Shown in pieces: positions 38,884-53,052 of a stretch of DNA of 64,000 bases. The position numbers and the translations under genes were made by a program. A model generated the notes under the pieces. That model saw only the letters and a list, made by a program, of their open reading frames with translations, did not search any database and was not told the origin of the DNA. The stretch comes from the human T2T-CHM13v2.0 reference genome, Homo sapiens. Position 1 is the first letter of the stretch; the number at the start of each line of letters is the position of its first letter. The stretch is from NCBI GenBank assembly GCA_009914755.4, contig CP068257.2, positions 24,576,001 through 24,640,000 of the forward strand, written 5' to 3'.

Positions 38884-40269
38884 TCAATGTTGCTTTGACT
38901 TCAATTTACTACTAAAACAGCTAGCAAGAAAGGGAAAGGGTACTCGCTAGACCAGTGGGTCTCAACACCTGGAGCAGCAGCAGTAGCACCACCTGAAACT
39001 TACTAGAAATGCAAGTTCTCAAGTCCCATCTTAAATCTGAATCAGAAACTCTGGTGGCAGGGCCCAGGAATCTGGGTTTAACAAGATCTTGAGCTGATTT
39101 TGATGGTGGCCCAAGTTGGAGAATTACTGCAGTACAGCTTGATGAAAGTGAGAATGCAGTTTCCCAGTGCTTTCCTTATGCCTCTTGGAGGTGAACCTGG
39201 AGTCCTCTGCTTTAGGTTGAAGGTACCCAGGGCTTTGTACTCCCTGCATCTCACCCCACTGGGGTGGAGCAGGGGACCCACTGGGATTCAGTGTATTACT
39301 TACTTTCATATAAGGCAACTCTTGTTGTCCCATAGTTATAAAGCTCTGTGTTCTGTTTCTTATTGTATTACGTGTACGTGGACATGCCAAACATTAACAA
39401 ATATTTGGCTTCTTGTCTATCTGAAAAATGGCCCCTCATTTCTATTTAACATGAATTTCTTTAATTATAAGTGAAGTTGAGCATCTTCTTATTTTTATGG
39501 GCCACTTTGCACGTTTTCCTCTTATTTATTACTTTCTATATTTGTCATATTTTCTATTGGTTGGTTGTCTTTTTAAAAAAGAATTAAATTGTAACAGCTG
39601 TTTTAATTCTAAGGAAATTAGCCTTTCATCATTTGTGTTGCAAATTCATTTTTACCTACTTTGTCATCTATCATTTAAATTTAGTTACAATACATTTTTG
39701 CATCACAGAGAGTTAAGATTTTTATGTAGTCAAATTGATAAGTTTTTATGTGTCTGAATTTTGAATTTTATGTATGCTTAGATAGATCTTCCCAACCCTA
39801 GGATAATTAAAAAAACATATTTTTTCCTAAACTTTATGGCTTTATTTTTAGCATATACATCTTTGATGTGAATGGAATTTATTGTGACTTAACAACTGAA
39901 GTATACATATTAACTTCCATTTCCAATGGAATATCATTGATTGAGATTATAATTAACTTATAGCTCAATAAAAAAAGAGTTTTAACCCAGAGTTTTCCTA
40001 ACCAAGAACAGAGTATACCTTTACAGTTACTTATTTTTTCATTTTTTTTTCCTTCGGGAGTGATTTAAAGGTTCTTTATATAGTTATTACATATGTATTT
40101 TATAAACTTTTGGAATGTGATGTTTCTTATTATAAGTAACCTTTCTACTAATTATTTGCATATAATAAAGCTCAATTTTTTTTGTGTATTGATTTCATAA
40201 TCACCTTACTGAATTCTCATATTATTTTTATTAGTATAGTTTTTAGAGGATTCTTAGGAGTTTTCCAAG

Positions 40270-40682
40270 GCGATGTGGTTTGGATCTCTGTCCCCACCCA
40301 AATCTCATGTTTAATTGTAATTTCCAACTGTTCATTGCTTGTAATCCCCAGTGCTGGAGGTGGGCCTGGTGGGAGGTGATATTGGATCATGGGGGCTGAT
40401 TTCCTCCTTGATGCTGCTTGATCATGAGTGAGTGCTCATGAGATCTGGTTGTTTAAAAGTGTATAATGCCTCCCCTCTCTCTCTCTTCCTCCTGCTTCAG
40501 CCGTATGAGCATAACTGCTTCAGCTTTGCCTTTTGCCATGAGTAAAAGCTCTCTGAGGTCTCTCCAGCTATGCTTCCTTTAAAACCTGCAGAACTGTAAG
40601 CTAATTCAACCTCTTTTCTTCATAAATTACCCAGTCTCTGGCATTTCTTTATAGCAATGGGAGAAGAGACTAATACACAAGG
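40270..40682 (+). mobile_element. MST/THE1-type MaLR LTR
   Basis: gatgtggtttggatctctgtccccacccaaatctcatgtttaattgtaatttccaactgttcattgcttgtaatccccagtgctggaggtgggcctggtgggaggtgatattggatcatggggg ... ttcataaattacccagtctctggcatttctttatagcaatgggagaagagactaatacac. Confidence 0.7.
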
Positions 40683-40807
40683 TTGTAATAATTATCTATG
40701 AATAATATAAAGCAGCCTGTTTTTGAAATTAGACTTCTGTTATGGAGTGAATATTATGGTGGAATATGACCTTTCTAAAATTTTTCTGTTCTTAAAAACA
40801 TCATCTT

Positions 40808-41090
<283 letters not shown>

Positions 41091-41592
41091 CATATCATCT
41101 TTAATGAAGTAAATGTCATACAACAAAATTGACCAATTTTACATTTGTAATTCTGTTTTAATCATGTAGTACAGCTGTATAATTACCACAATCATCATAT
41201 AAAACATATCAATCCTGCCAGAAAATTCTCTCCTACTCCTTTCCTGTCAATTGCTTCTCCCTATCTCTTGTTCCTGGTACCACTAAATAACTTTTGGTCA
41301 TTGTAGTTTTACCCTATCTAGAATTTTATATAAATAGACTCATACGGTGTGCAGTCTTTTGTGTCTCACTTTTTTCACATAATATATCATGATATGGCTA
41401 TACAATAATTTGTTTATATTCACTAGTTGATGAACATTTGGGTTGTTTACAACTTTTTGGCTATTAATGAATAAAGAGGCTATTCATGTACATTCAAGTA
41501 CATGTCTTGTCTGGGTGTGTGTTATTATTTCTCTTGGGTAAATACTTAGGAGTGAGCCTGCTGAGTTGTATGGTAAGAGTATATTTAACTTG

Positions 41593-41889
41593 GGCCGGGT
41601 GTGGTGGCTCACGCCTGTAATTCCAGCACTTTGGGAGGCCGAGGCGGGTGGATCACGAGGTCAAGAGATCGATACCATCCTGGCCAACATGGTAAAACCC
41701 CATCTCTACTAAAAACACAAAAATTAGCTGGGCATGGTGGCGTGCGCCTGTAGTCCCAGCTACTCAGGAGGCTGAGGCAGGAGAATAGCTTGAACCTGGG
41801 AGGCGGAGGTTGCTGTGAGCTCCATTGTGCCACTGCACTCCAGCCTGGTGACAGAGCAAGACTCCATCTCAAAAAAAAAAAAAAAAAAA
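41593..41889 (+). mobile_element. AluY-like SINE with a 13-bp target-site duplication
   Basis: ggccgggtgtggtggctcacgcctgtaattccagcactttgggaggccgaggcgggtggatcacgaggtcaagagatcgataccatcctggccaacatggtaaaaccccatctc... followed by A19. Flanked by gtatatttaactt on both sides. Confidence 0.9.
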
Positions 41890-42004
41890 GTATATTTAAC
41901 TTAATAAGAAACTGACAAACACTTTGTATGACTCTACCATTTTGTATTGCCATCAGCATTATATGAGTATTCCAGTTGCTTCACATTTTCACCAGCATTT
42001 TGTA

Positions 42005-42400
42005 TTGCTATCTGCTGAATGTGTCCCCAAAAGTCACGTGTTGGAAACTGAATGCCCAGTGCAATAGTATTGGGAGGTATGGTCTTTGAGAGGTGACTGA
42101 GTCATGAGGACTCTTCTTTCAAGAATGGATTAGGTCTCTTATAAACAGGGCTTACAGAAGTGGGTTCATTCTCCTTCATTCTTCTACCATGTGAGGACAC
42201 AGTGTTCCTTCTCTCTGGAGGATACAACATTCAAGGTACCACCTTGAAAGCAAAGACCAGACTCTTACTAGACAAGGAACCTGCCAGCACCTTAGTCTTG
42301 AACTTCCCAGTTCCCAGAACTGTGAGAAAATAAATTTCTGTTATTCATACATCACCGTTTCAGGTATTTTTATTATAGCAACACAAAACCAAGATGGGTA
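42005..42400 (+). mobile_element. MST-like MaLR LTR, divergent
   Basis: gtgtccccaaaagtcacgtgttggaaactgaatgcccagtgcaatagtattgggaggtatggtctttgagaggtgactgagtcatgaggactcttctttcaagaatggattag...cttgaacttcccagttcccagaactgtgagaaaataaatttctgtt...tattatagcaacacaaaaccaagatgg parallels MSTA-type LTR blocks (gaggtgattaggtcatgagggc...ggacttcccagcctccagaaccgtgagccaaataaac...gttatagcaacagaaaacagactaagaca). Confidence 0.55.
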
Positions 42401-43656
42401 TTGTCTTTTAAAAAAAATTCTAGTGAGTGTTTTGTAGTATCTCAGTGTGTTTTTAATTTTCATTACCTTAATGACCGATGTTGCTGAGCATCTTTGCATG
42501 TACTTACTTATCATTTATAGATATTATTTGATGAAGTGTTTGCTTGAATTTTTTTGTCTAATTTTTATTGGTTTGTCTTACTGAGTTGTAAAAATTCTTT
42601 ATATATTCTTGAAGCAGATCCTTTATCAGCTATATGTTTTGCAAATGTTTTCTCCCAGTCTCTGTGACTTGCCTTTTTATTTTTTAAATGATACTTTTTG
42701 AAAAGCAAGCTTTTAAATATTTTGAAATCCAGTTCGTAAATTTGTTGCTTTTATAGTTTATGCTTTTTAAAGAAATTGAGTGTAACCCAAGGTAACAAAA
42801 ATTTCTCCTGTGTTTTATTCCAGAAATTTTAGTTTTAACCCTTACAGTTAGGTCTGTGTTCCTTTCTGAGTTAAATTTTGGATATAGTGTGAAGATGAGG
42901 ATTAAAGTTCTCTCTCTTCTTTTGGTATATAAATATCCAATTTCCCAGCACTATTTGTTGAAAATGGTATCCTTTCCAGAGTGAAATACACTGGCACCTT
43001 TGTTGGGAATCAATGAGCCATATAAGTGTAGGTCTATTTCTAGACTCACTATTCTGTTCCATTGATTCACACGTCAATACCAGATGTCTTGATTACTTGA
43101 GCATTATAATAAGTCTAGGTGTAAGTTTTATAGTAAGCCTGAGTGTAAGACTTCTGACTTTATTTTTCTTTTTCAAAAGACTTTCAACTTTACTTTTTCT
43201 TTTATTTTGGCTATGCTAGTTGGTTTTCATTTCTATGTAAGTTTTAGAATTTTCTTGTAATTTCTGTGGAAAACACTGCTGGGATTTTGGAATTCTGTTG
43301 AATCTATAGATCAGTTTGGGGAGAATTGATATTTTAATAATTTTGAATCTTTTGATTTATGACCACAATATATATTTTCATTATCCAGATGTCTTTAATT
43401 TCTTTCAGTAATGTTTAGTAATTTTCTGTCTACATGTTTTACAAATATTTTGTTAAATTTATTCCTCTGTTTTTCATATTTTTACTATATTTTTATGATA
43501 TTTGTTTAAAATTTCCAACTGTTCACTGCTTATATATGAAAATGCTACTGATATGTTGACTTTGAATCTTGTGACCTTGCAGTTAGTTCTAGTAGATGTT
43601 TTGAAGATTTCTTAGAATTTTCTACATAGACAATAATGTCTGTGAATAAAGATAGT

Positions 43657-43659
43657 TTT

Positions 43660-43688
<29 letters not shown>
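43657..43688. repeat. (TTTA)n microsatellite
   Basis: tttatttatttatttatttatttatttatttt. Confidence 0.8.
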
Positions 43689-43690
<2 letters not shown>

Positions 43691-43859
43691 AAATTTTTTG
43701 GAGGCCTTGTGGATTTGAAGAGTTTTTTTTCTTTCCAGTCTTATACCTTTTTAGTTTTTTTAAAATTTTTCCTGCCTTATATTGTATTGATAAGAACGTT
43801 CATACAATGTTGAATAGGAGTGATGAGAGAGACCATCCTTGCCTTGTTCCTGACCTTAG

Positions 43860-44208
<349 letters not shown>

Positions 44209-45879
44209 TCTATAGATGCCTTTTATTGGATTGAAGAGCTTTTATTTTATTCCTAGTTTGCTGCAAATTTTTTTTTTTTTTATTACAAATGGGTGTTGAA
44301 TTTTGTGAAAACTTTTTTCTGCATCCATTGAGATGATCATATGGTAAGTTCCATTTTAGACAATTGATATGATGACTCATTGTTTTTCTAAGGTTAAACT
44401 AACTTCACATTACTAGGATAAACCACACTGGATTATGATGTATTATTCTTTTAATATATTTCAACTGACTGAAGTATTGTTAACATTTTTATATCTATGT
44501 TTATAAGGGATATTAGTCTTTAGTTTTCTTTCTTATAATTTCATTACCTTTGGATAAGTTAAAAACATTTCAGTCGTATTTTAGTTTTTCCACTCATTAC
44601 ATTTAAGACTTTAAATAAACATACACTTTAAACTCTATTTCTATATATATCAACTTTAAATAATACATTCTGGAGTTTTAATTTTAGGTAGGATGGAGTA
44701 AGCACACTCCTCCATCTCTGAGTGCACACTCCTCCATCTCTTAGTACACACTGAATACAGCTAACTCATTAAATATAGCTTTAAAACCTGGGTATAATGC
44801 GTATAACAGTGATATAAGGACACTGGAAAGTAAACAGTAGCAAGAAGATTGGGAAGAAGACCAGAATTTAAAGTTTTATGAAATGCCAGTTAGTTTATCT
44901 TTTTTTTTTTTTTGTACCACTATCCCTTGGCATGGATTCAAGGTAGCCTGAAACTCAAAACCTGTACATAGACATGGCATGGATAAGGAACAAAGTACAG
45001 ACAGAGCTCCAGAAGAGGCCCTATAGTTTTGACTTAAGCAGTATGAAGCAGGGCTGGGGGTGGGAGGCATCACTTAATCTCCAGAGACAGTGAGGGCAAT
45101 CCATCATGTTTATTTTCTTTTTCTCTATGTTTCCTTGTACCATAGTCCCCAGGCAATGCTGTGGCAATGACAGCAGTGGCCTACTGGACCTGCAAGGGGC
45201 TAAAAGTCTGAGCTGGGGGGGTCCCTTCCTCTTCATTTGGAGAAGACTGATCTCAACAGAGTGATATGAACACTCATTGATTTTTTTTCCCTCTTTTTAT
45301 CCTCCCACCAAGTGGCCTCATATGTAGGACAATTGTTGGAAGAGCATGGTAGAGCAGGATAATTGAAGCCCCAGCTCTTTGTCCAGACTGAAAGGGTAGC
45401 CCCAGGAAACTGAAGAGTATCAGCAAGATGTGGTGAGAAAGGACCTCAGGGAAATGACTCCCTGAAAGTAGCTTATGAACTCTCAGGCTTGCTCCTTAGC
45501 TACCCACTTACAGATCTGATTCTAAACAACATATCAACGACTTTGAGGTCTGAGCTAAGGAATAGATCATCACTTAATTTCCATATTGGCCACCGGGTGA
45601 CATAAACAGGAGACAGATCAGAATAGCACTACAAATGCTTTGAGGGAAGAAAACAAACCCAAACCGATATTGAAACTACAACCCAGGAAAAGTCAGTTGG
45701 AATTTGTAGCCTGAATCTAACTGGGTCAGCTGCTGAAACAAAACAAAAATATCAGCATTCTCCATGGGATTTAAATAAGACCCAGAGTCTTATATTATTC
45801 AAATGTCTGTGATATGATCTAAAGTAACTTGGCATCTTAAGAATAAGAAGAATCTCAACTCTTATGGGAAAAGATAGTC

Positions 45880-46800
45880 AACAGAAGCCAACGCGGAGAT
45901 GACACACAGGTTAAAATTTTCTGACAAGGTCTTTAAAAGAAGAAAGGGTGAATACATTTGAAATGAGTTGAATGAAAGATAATTTTAGCAAATAAATAGA
46001 AGACTTAAAGAACATCCAAATAGAAATTTTAAACTGAAAAACATAACAATCAAAATAAAAACCTCTCCAGATGGTTTCAATAGCAGAATGGAGATGGCAG
46101 TGGAAAGGGTGAATTCTAAGAAAAATAGAAATTATACAACTGAGAGAAAAAAGATGAAAAAGAAAACAAACAGAGACTTAGGGATCTATGGAACTCTACC
46201 ACAATGTCTAATACTTCTGTCATCAGAGTCACAGAGGGAGGAGAAATATTGTTGTATAGAAAAAATATTTGAAGAAAAATGTTTATAAGTCCTCAAATTG
46301 GGCAGAATTTCTATGTAGCTCCTATAGATTCATGGAACACAGGGAAACCCAGACAAGATAATCCTAAAGAAACATGTTTAGGCATATCAAAAGCAAACTG
46401 TTAAAAATTAAAGACAAAGAAAAAAAAGCTTGCAGGCAGCTAGAGAAGCACAACTCATTACTTATAACTGAACTATGATTCTAATGACTACGCATCTCTC
46501 ATAGAAACCATGACTGTCAGAAGAAAGTGAAGCAATATTTTTAATGTGCTGAGAGAAAAAAGTGTCAACCTAGAACTCTATATACACTGAAAATATCCTT
46601 CAGAAATGAAGGTAAAATAGAGACCACAGATGAAAAAAAAACTAGAAAATAATTCATTGCCAGTAGACCTGCTCTGAAAGAATTGCTAAAGTAGGTTTTT
46701 CAGACAGAAGAAAAAATGATACCACAAGGAAACTTGGAACATTAGGAATAAATAATATCTTTTAACTCTGATATGAATGGTTAGGAAATTGGCACATACA
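45880..46800 (+). mobile_element. Old L1 (L1M-like) ORF1-region fragment, sense
   Basis: Reading frames give ...EDLKNIQIEILN...MEMAVERVNSKKNRNYTTERKKMKKKTNRDLGIYGTLPQ... and ...IFEE... These resemble the L1 ORF1p coiled-coil / RRM region (e.g. ...GIPEGEE...EKIFEEI...). Divergent, with many stops. Confidence 0.45.
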
Positions 46801-47358
46801 TCCTCCTTTCTGATATCTTTTTTTTTCTGCCAGTGTCCATTTTTTCTTAGCTATACTCTTATTTATACATTTCAATGTTTATAAATTTGCACAATTGTCA
46901 AGCCTTACTTCTATGTTTTAATCAATTCAGTGCAAACAATACTTTTATGCCATGAATTCTTCCTTTCTCAAGTTCTTTTGATGACAGCACTTGTTTGGTG
47001 AGAATTTGTTATCAAGAGGTTTTATATCCCTTAAGAAGGTCTGTCTATAATCTTTTGACTCACAATTTTGGATACTAAATGTTGGTATGAAGAAATCTGA
47101 GGTCACTCTGATTTTCCTCCCATGCAAATGAATTGCTTTTTCTGAGTGAATGCTCATTCAGCTTTTATTTTTATTCTTAAAGGTAAACAGCATCACCAGA
47201 ATATATCAAGTTGATTACTGGAATGAATTACTTTTTCCTGGAACATGATGAATCCTTTTCATCCTCAGACCCAGATGTTCCTTTATTTCAGAAACATTTT
47301 CTTCTATTTAATTTTTAAATATTATTTTCTGATTGATTTGCTTGACTCCCAGGGTTAG

Positions 47359-47753
<395 letters not shown>

Positions 47754-47999
47754 AGTTTTCAGATTTTTATCAGCCTTTCTTCTATGCTCCCGATTCTTTT
47801 ATAAATTGTATTACATTGTTTTTGTGTCTCTATATTGCGTTTATGTCTATGGTATTTGTATTATTAACTTTTGTTTCTTTTGTGAACTCTGGTAGCTTGG
47901 TTTCACTATCTTTATTTCCTCTTTAATTTCATATCCCTTCTCAGAAAGTCTCCTTTTCAGATCGTTTTTTTCCCTCTTTAGTTTCTTGAGCATGTAGAC

Positions 48000-49816
48000 T
48001 ATTATTTGTTTACTTTTTTTTTCATTTCCTGTGGTAATTCTTCTGATACATATTCTTTTTAAGTGTTTTTCTTCTATATTTATAACAATTGTACAGGTGG
48101 TAAATTATACATGCCATAGTACTATAGCCAGGTCTGCTCCTTGGAAAGTCTTTATGTAATATGGAAAGCAAATCTGGAGGTGGGAGAATTAGAAATCTGA
48201 CATCAGTAGCAGGAAGATTGGATCTAGATGATGGGGAGACACAGGGTGGTTACTTCATTGTGTAAGGCAGAGATTGGGGCTGGGATGTGACACTCTGAGT
48301 TGGTAGGAAAAAGAGCCTGAGTGTAAAGAGAAGAACGAGGCTGATCTGAGTAGCAAGACCCTCTACCCTACCTTACTGGAATAAGCTCATCCATGCACAG
48401 AAAGCTGTAGGAAACTGTGCACACTGCTATCAAGTATAGTTTTGAATGGCCAAATTATTTATTTGATGTTAGTTAAGCAAACAGTTTTTACCACCGTGAA
48501 AACTTTTTCTGCCTCTATCATTTCTGCTGGTCTCCATATAGTCCCATTAAAAAAAAAATCAAGCAATAAAAAATATACATACTAAAAGTGAAAGCTGATC
48601 TTAAACTTCCTCCCAGTCCTTCACCTCCTTCCTAAGAAGTAACTACTATTTAACAATTAGCTGTGCTGTGTCTACATCTTGACCTTTTCCTGCGTATGCT
48701 TATACATAAGAATTTTCTGTCTTTACTAATATATCTTTTCAATCTTTCTATGCCAGTAAATATTTTTCTACTACAAAAATCATTTGTATAGTATTATATA
48801 CTATTATTGTATACTATATATTGTGTAGTATTATATACCTATTATTTATTTAACTATCTGCTGTTCTTGGTCACACATTTACCCTAAAATGCAGCAGTGA
48901 ACAGTCCTCTATGTGGATATTATGAGAGTTTCTGTAGCATATAATCCTAGAAGTGGATTTTGTGGGTATAAGAATATGGACAGATAAAATTTTGATAAGT
49001 ACTGAGAAATAATACTTCAAAAAGCCTGTTCCAATTTACTGTCTCATTAATGAGTCTATTTTCCCACATCTTTATCAAAAGAATATTATTCTGATTTTTT
49101 TATTTTTGCCCATTAGATAAGTTAAGAATTGTGACTCATTACTTATAAAATTTGCATACTACCAACTGCAGTGGAATTTCAGCATATTTTAAAAATACTC
49201 TTTGACCCATTTCTTTTGTAAATTTCTGTCTATTTTTAGTAGCTTTTTTCAGTTCTTTTTGGTTTCTAGAGGTCCTTTATATTGGTTATTAATTGCTTCT
49301 CTGTTGAAGATGTTGGAAATATTTTCTCAGTCTCTCATTTTTGAATTTATTTATAATCTTTCTATTATTCAAACTATTTGAACCTTTATATAGCCAAATA
49401 TTTTAACTTTATGGCTTTTATATCTTTGCTTATAAGAATGTTCTCTAAGGTTAAGATGAAGTTTGCCTATATATTTTTTTCTGATATGTATGTAGTTATT
49501 AATGCTTTTAATGTTTTATTGAGCTTAGTTTTTAATCTGTCTGTAAATAATTAGCCTCTTATTTTGACACTGCTTATTGAATTGTTGGTTCTTTTTCCTC
49601 TAATTTGAAATATCACCTGCTTTATCTTTCCATATTGATTTATGTATCTACTCTGGGACCAGTGCCACACTGTTGTTGGTATTTAGAATGGTCAGGCAAG
49701 TTCTTCCTCATTATTCCTCTCTTCAAAATTGTGCTGGCTATTTCGTTTCAAGCCATCTGTTTAGAGTTTTGATTGGAAATGGTATCAAATTTATACATAA
49801 ATTCGAAGAGAACTGA
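48000..49816 (-). mobile_element. Old L1 (L1M-like) antisense fragment
   Basis: AT-rich sequence with the L1-antisense character (...cattaatgagtctattttcccacatctttatcaaaagaatattattc...caaaattgtgctggctatttcgtttcaagccatctgtttagagttttgattggaaatggtatcaaatttatacat...). Assignment is by overall resemblance, not base-by-base alignment. Confidence 0.45.
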
Positions 49817-50579
49817 TGAAACGGGAAAGTTCCCTTATTCTCCTCACAGGGCGTGTGACAGGGGCATGACTGGTTTCTTCAGTGCCCCACTGCCCAAAGC
49901 CCTAGAGGGAACATGCAGACAGTCAGGTCGGGGGGCGTCTAGGGTTGAGTGTTTACAGCTCTCAAAGCCCCAGTGGGCATGTGTTACAGTGCACTCTTTC
50001 AGTTTTGCCATCCACAGGTGGCTTGTATTAATCAGCTCAATTACAGCCTCTGCCTTATTGCAAGGACAGAGGGCTTTCTGTATCCCGGGGTTCTTGCCCT
50101 AGAGTACTGGAAAAATCGGATCACATGTGGGCTTGGAGGATGGGTGCAAGGTTTTATTGAGTGGAGGTAGCTCTCAGTGAGGTGGATGGGGAGGGCAAAA
50201 GGGGGATGGAGTGGGAAGGTTGTCTTCCCCTGGAATTGGGGTGCCCAATGGCTGGACTTCCCTCCGACTGAATTTCCCATATTGTCTGCGTCATTCTGCT
50301 GTTGATGGCCTGCTGGCATCTGCTGGTGTGTTCTTCTGCCAGTGTGTTCCTCTCAACATCCAGACACTTGTGTGTGCGCCCGCTAGGGTCTCAGAGATTT
50401 TATGGGCACAGGATGGAGGATGTGATGGGCCAGAGTGGTCTTGGAAAATGCAACATTTGGGTGCAGAAACAGGAGTGCCTGTCCTTACTTAGGTCCCTGG
50501 GCACAGGCCTGAGAGTGAAGCCCTCACCAGGGACCCTGCCCTTCTCTATCCAGCATTTCCCTATCTCCCTCCTGTATCA
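49817..50579. mobile_element. Putative solo LTR (~760 bp, family unassigned) nested within the antisense L1
   Basis: An abrupt shift to GC-richer sequence inside an L1 fragment. It begins tgaaacggg and ends ...cctgtatca, the TG...CA pattern. The flanking ctga/ctga could be a 4-bp target-site duplication. The L1-like sequence resumes at 50583. Confidence 0.35.
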
Positions 50580-50582
50580 CTG

Positions 50583-51110
50583 ATATCTTTTACTATTGAG
50601 TCTTCACATCCAGAAACATAATTTGGCCTTCTGTTAATTTAGAGCTTCTTTTATTTTCTTCTGTAAAAATTTACAGCATTCTTTATATTATATGTTTCTT
50701 ATTGAATTTAATTATGAACAGGTTATACTTTGTTATTATCATGGGATCTTTTAAATACATTCTAATTGGTTATGACAGGTTTAAAAAGCTACTCTTAATT
50801 TTTCTGTGTTGATCTTGTATCCCAACTAAATCCTGTGTTTGTTCTAAATGCTTACTAGTAGTGCCTCTTAGGTGTTCTAGGTGGCTACTCATAGCGTCTG
50901 ATAACAATAATAGTTTGTCTTTTTCTTTCCTATATTTACACCAATTTTTTTCTCCTAACATTTACAGGTTTTTTTTTTTTTCAGTTTCCTGTAATGATTA
51001 TTTATTGAATTTGGAAGATCTCCATTGTGGTGTTAATTTCTTAAAAGCTTAGTGTTTCTTGCTTGCTCTTATTTGTTGCTGAGGACTTAGATTAAACAGT
51101 TTATTGCTTT
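50583..51110 (-). mobile_element. Continuation of the old L1 antisense fragment after the nested LTR
   Basis: ...aatttggccttctgttaatttagagcttcttttattttcttctgtaaaaatttacagcattctttatattatatg...gtgttctaggtggctactcatagcgtctgataacaataatag... has L1-antisense-like character contiguous with 48000-49816. Confidence 0.4.
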
Positions 51111-52424
51111 TGAAGTGTATTTTGTCAGTCCAGTTGAGGGACTGAGTCTCAGTCCAGATGAGGGACTGCCAGTTTGTCTAGCAGTTGATACAAACTAATT
51201 ACCTCTGGTAACTTTGCAGGAGCTGAAAACAGAAGTGTGACTAGTAAGGTGTGAAGGTGGCTTGATTTCTAGATATGAGGCTCTTGGTGCTTGTTGGCTG
51301 ACAGACACTCTCCCTTTCTTTAGTTCAGCAGCCACTCTGGTAGTCTTAAACGTCAGAGTTTTTAAGAGGGGTATTCATAGCCCAAATCTAGGGATAAATG
51401 TAGGAGATGGAGGAAAGGGGAGTTGCCGTTTTATTGGTGCCACTGTTTAGTTAAAATACCTAAAACATTTTCTCATTCCCCTTTTCCCTGCCTCCACTGC
51501 CTTTGGATGTAGATTTATTCTGGAGTTCTGTTGGGAAAACACACTATTTTGGAATGTTTTACTTGTCTACTGAGAGGGTTCTTCGGCTATTTTGGACTAT
51601 GTTGTCAATCTATTTGCTATTGCTGTGTCTCTTCTAGAAACTCCTCATTGTCCTGGACTACTGGCAAAGCTTGTTTTCAATGCTGTTATGAATTTGCTAA
51701 TTTATTTCCTTTGTATCTATTGTATTTATGCACAGACTTTATGTTAGATCCTTTTGGTTGATTGTTATCCTTAATTAGGGATAATGCCATCTGGACCTGT
51801 TAATTTGCTCAAGAACTGAGTGGAGAGGGGTGGATGGAGGATGACACATTACTCACTATTTAACAAAATAAAGGTTTTTTTCCATAATAAAGCTTGTTAT
51901 ATAACAGGTAAAAAATACAGAAAAACAAGAGGAAGAAAATGATCATTCATAATTCAGTCATGACAATCACTGCTAATATTTAGATATGTTAGCAGTGATA
52001 TCATATTATATATATATATTAGATATATTAAAGGACTATCAGTCCTCTCCTGATGCATATTTAACATTCTTGTGATTATATTCTGTGCAGCATTTTGTAT
52101 TTATTTTTTCCAGTTAACATTTTAACACATTTCCTGTATCATTAGGAACACTCATGATTAAATCCTTACTTTAATAATATCATAAGATAGAGTAAAATGG
52201 ATCCTCCAAGGGTGATACTTACTTGTCTTTGGCCATTTGGGTTAATTTGGTATTTAGTTCTTTTAAGAAGGAAATTCGATTTTTATACATTTATTATTAA
52301 ATTTTTTGAAATAAAATCTACAGTGAAATGTGTAGAGCCTAAGTGTCTAATTTGATGTTTTGATAATGCTTACATTTAAGTAATCATGACCCCAATCGGA
52401 TACAGCATATTTACCTGACTCACT

Positions 52425-52718
52425 TTTTAATTTAATTTAATTTAATTTTTGAGACAGGGCCTCACTCTGTCGCCCAGGCTGAAGTGTACTGGCACAATCA
52501 TAGCTCACTGCAGTTTTAACCTCCTGGGCTTGAGGGATCCTCCTGCTTCAGCCTCCTGAGTAGCTGGGACTACAGGGGTACACCATGTCTGGCTAATTTT
52601 TTTTTCATTTTTTGTGGAGACAGGGTCTCACTATATTGCCCAGGCTGGCCTCAAGTGATCCTCCTGCCTCAGCCTCCCAAAGCCCTGGGATTACAGTCAT
52701 GAGCCACCATACCTGGCC
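52425..52718 (-). mobile_element. Alu SINE (AluJ-like, divergent), antisense
   Basis: (tttaa)n-modified tail followed by tttttgagacagggcctcactctgtcgcccaggctgaagtgtactggcacaatcatagctcactgcagttttaacctcctgggcttgagggatcctcctgcttcagcctcctgagtagctgggactacagg...agtcatgagccaccatacctggcc. Confidence 0.85.
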
Positions 52719-52849
52719 AACTCATTTTAATAATGTCTAATGATGAACACCTATAAGAAGGTTTTTCATATTTATGTACTTGGACTGTGATTCTAAAAGT
52801 GAAATAACTTGGCTTTATTTTACAAACCTTTTAGTGGACTTTACTAAAA

Positions 52850-52995
52850 TCGCTTCCAGAAGTTTGTATCAATTTACATTCCCACCAGTAAGTGGAGAGT
52901 GTCAATCTTTTTTTCTGTGATCCCCCTAACATTTTTTGACTATCCCCCAGCAGATAAGCTGCACAGTTTCTTGTTGAAAGCAAGTTATGACTCTT
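52850..52995 (-). mobile_element. Short old L1 ORF2 antisense fragment
   Basis: caatttacattcccaccagtaagtggagagtgtcaatctttttttctgtgatccccctaacattttttgactatcc parallels the L1 antisense block caatttacattcccaccaacagtgtataagggttcc...ctccacatcctcgccaacac. Confidence 0.35.
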
Positions 52996-53026
52996 TCTGT
53001 TAATATCTACTTCCACTCAATCATGG

Positions 53027-53052
53027 TTGTGTGTGTGTGTGTGTGTACGTGT
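53027..53052. repeat. (GT)n dinucleotide microsatellite
   Basis: gttgtgtgtgtgtgtgtgtgtacgtgt. Confidence 0.8.
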
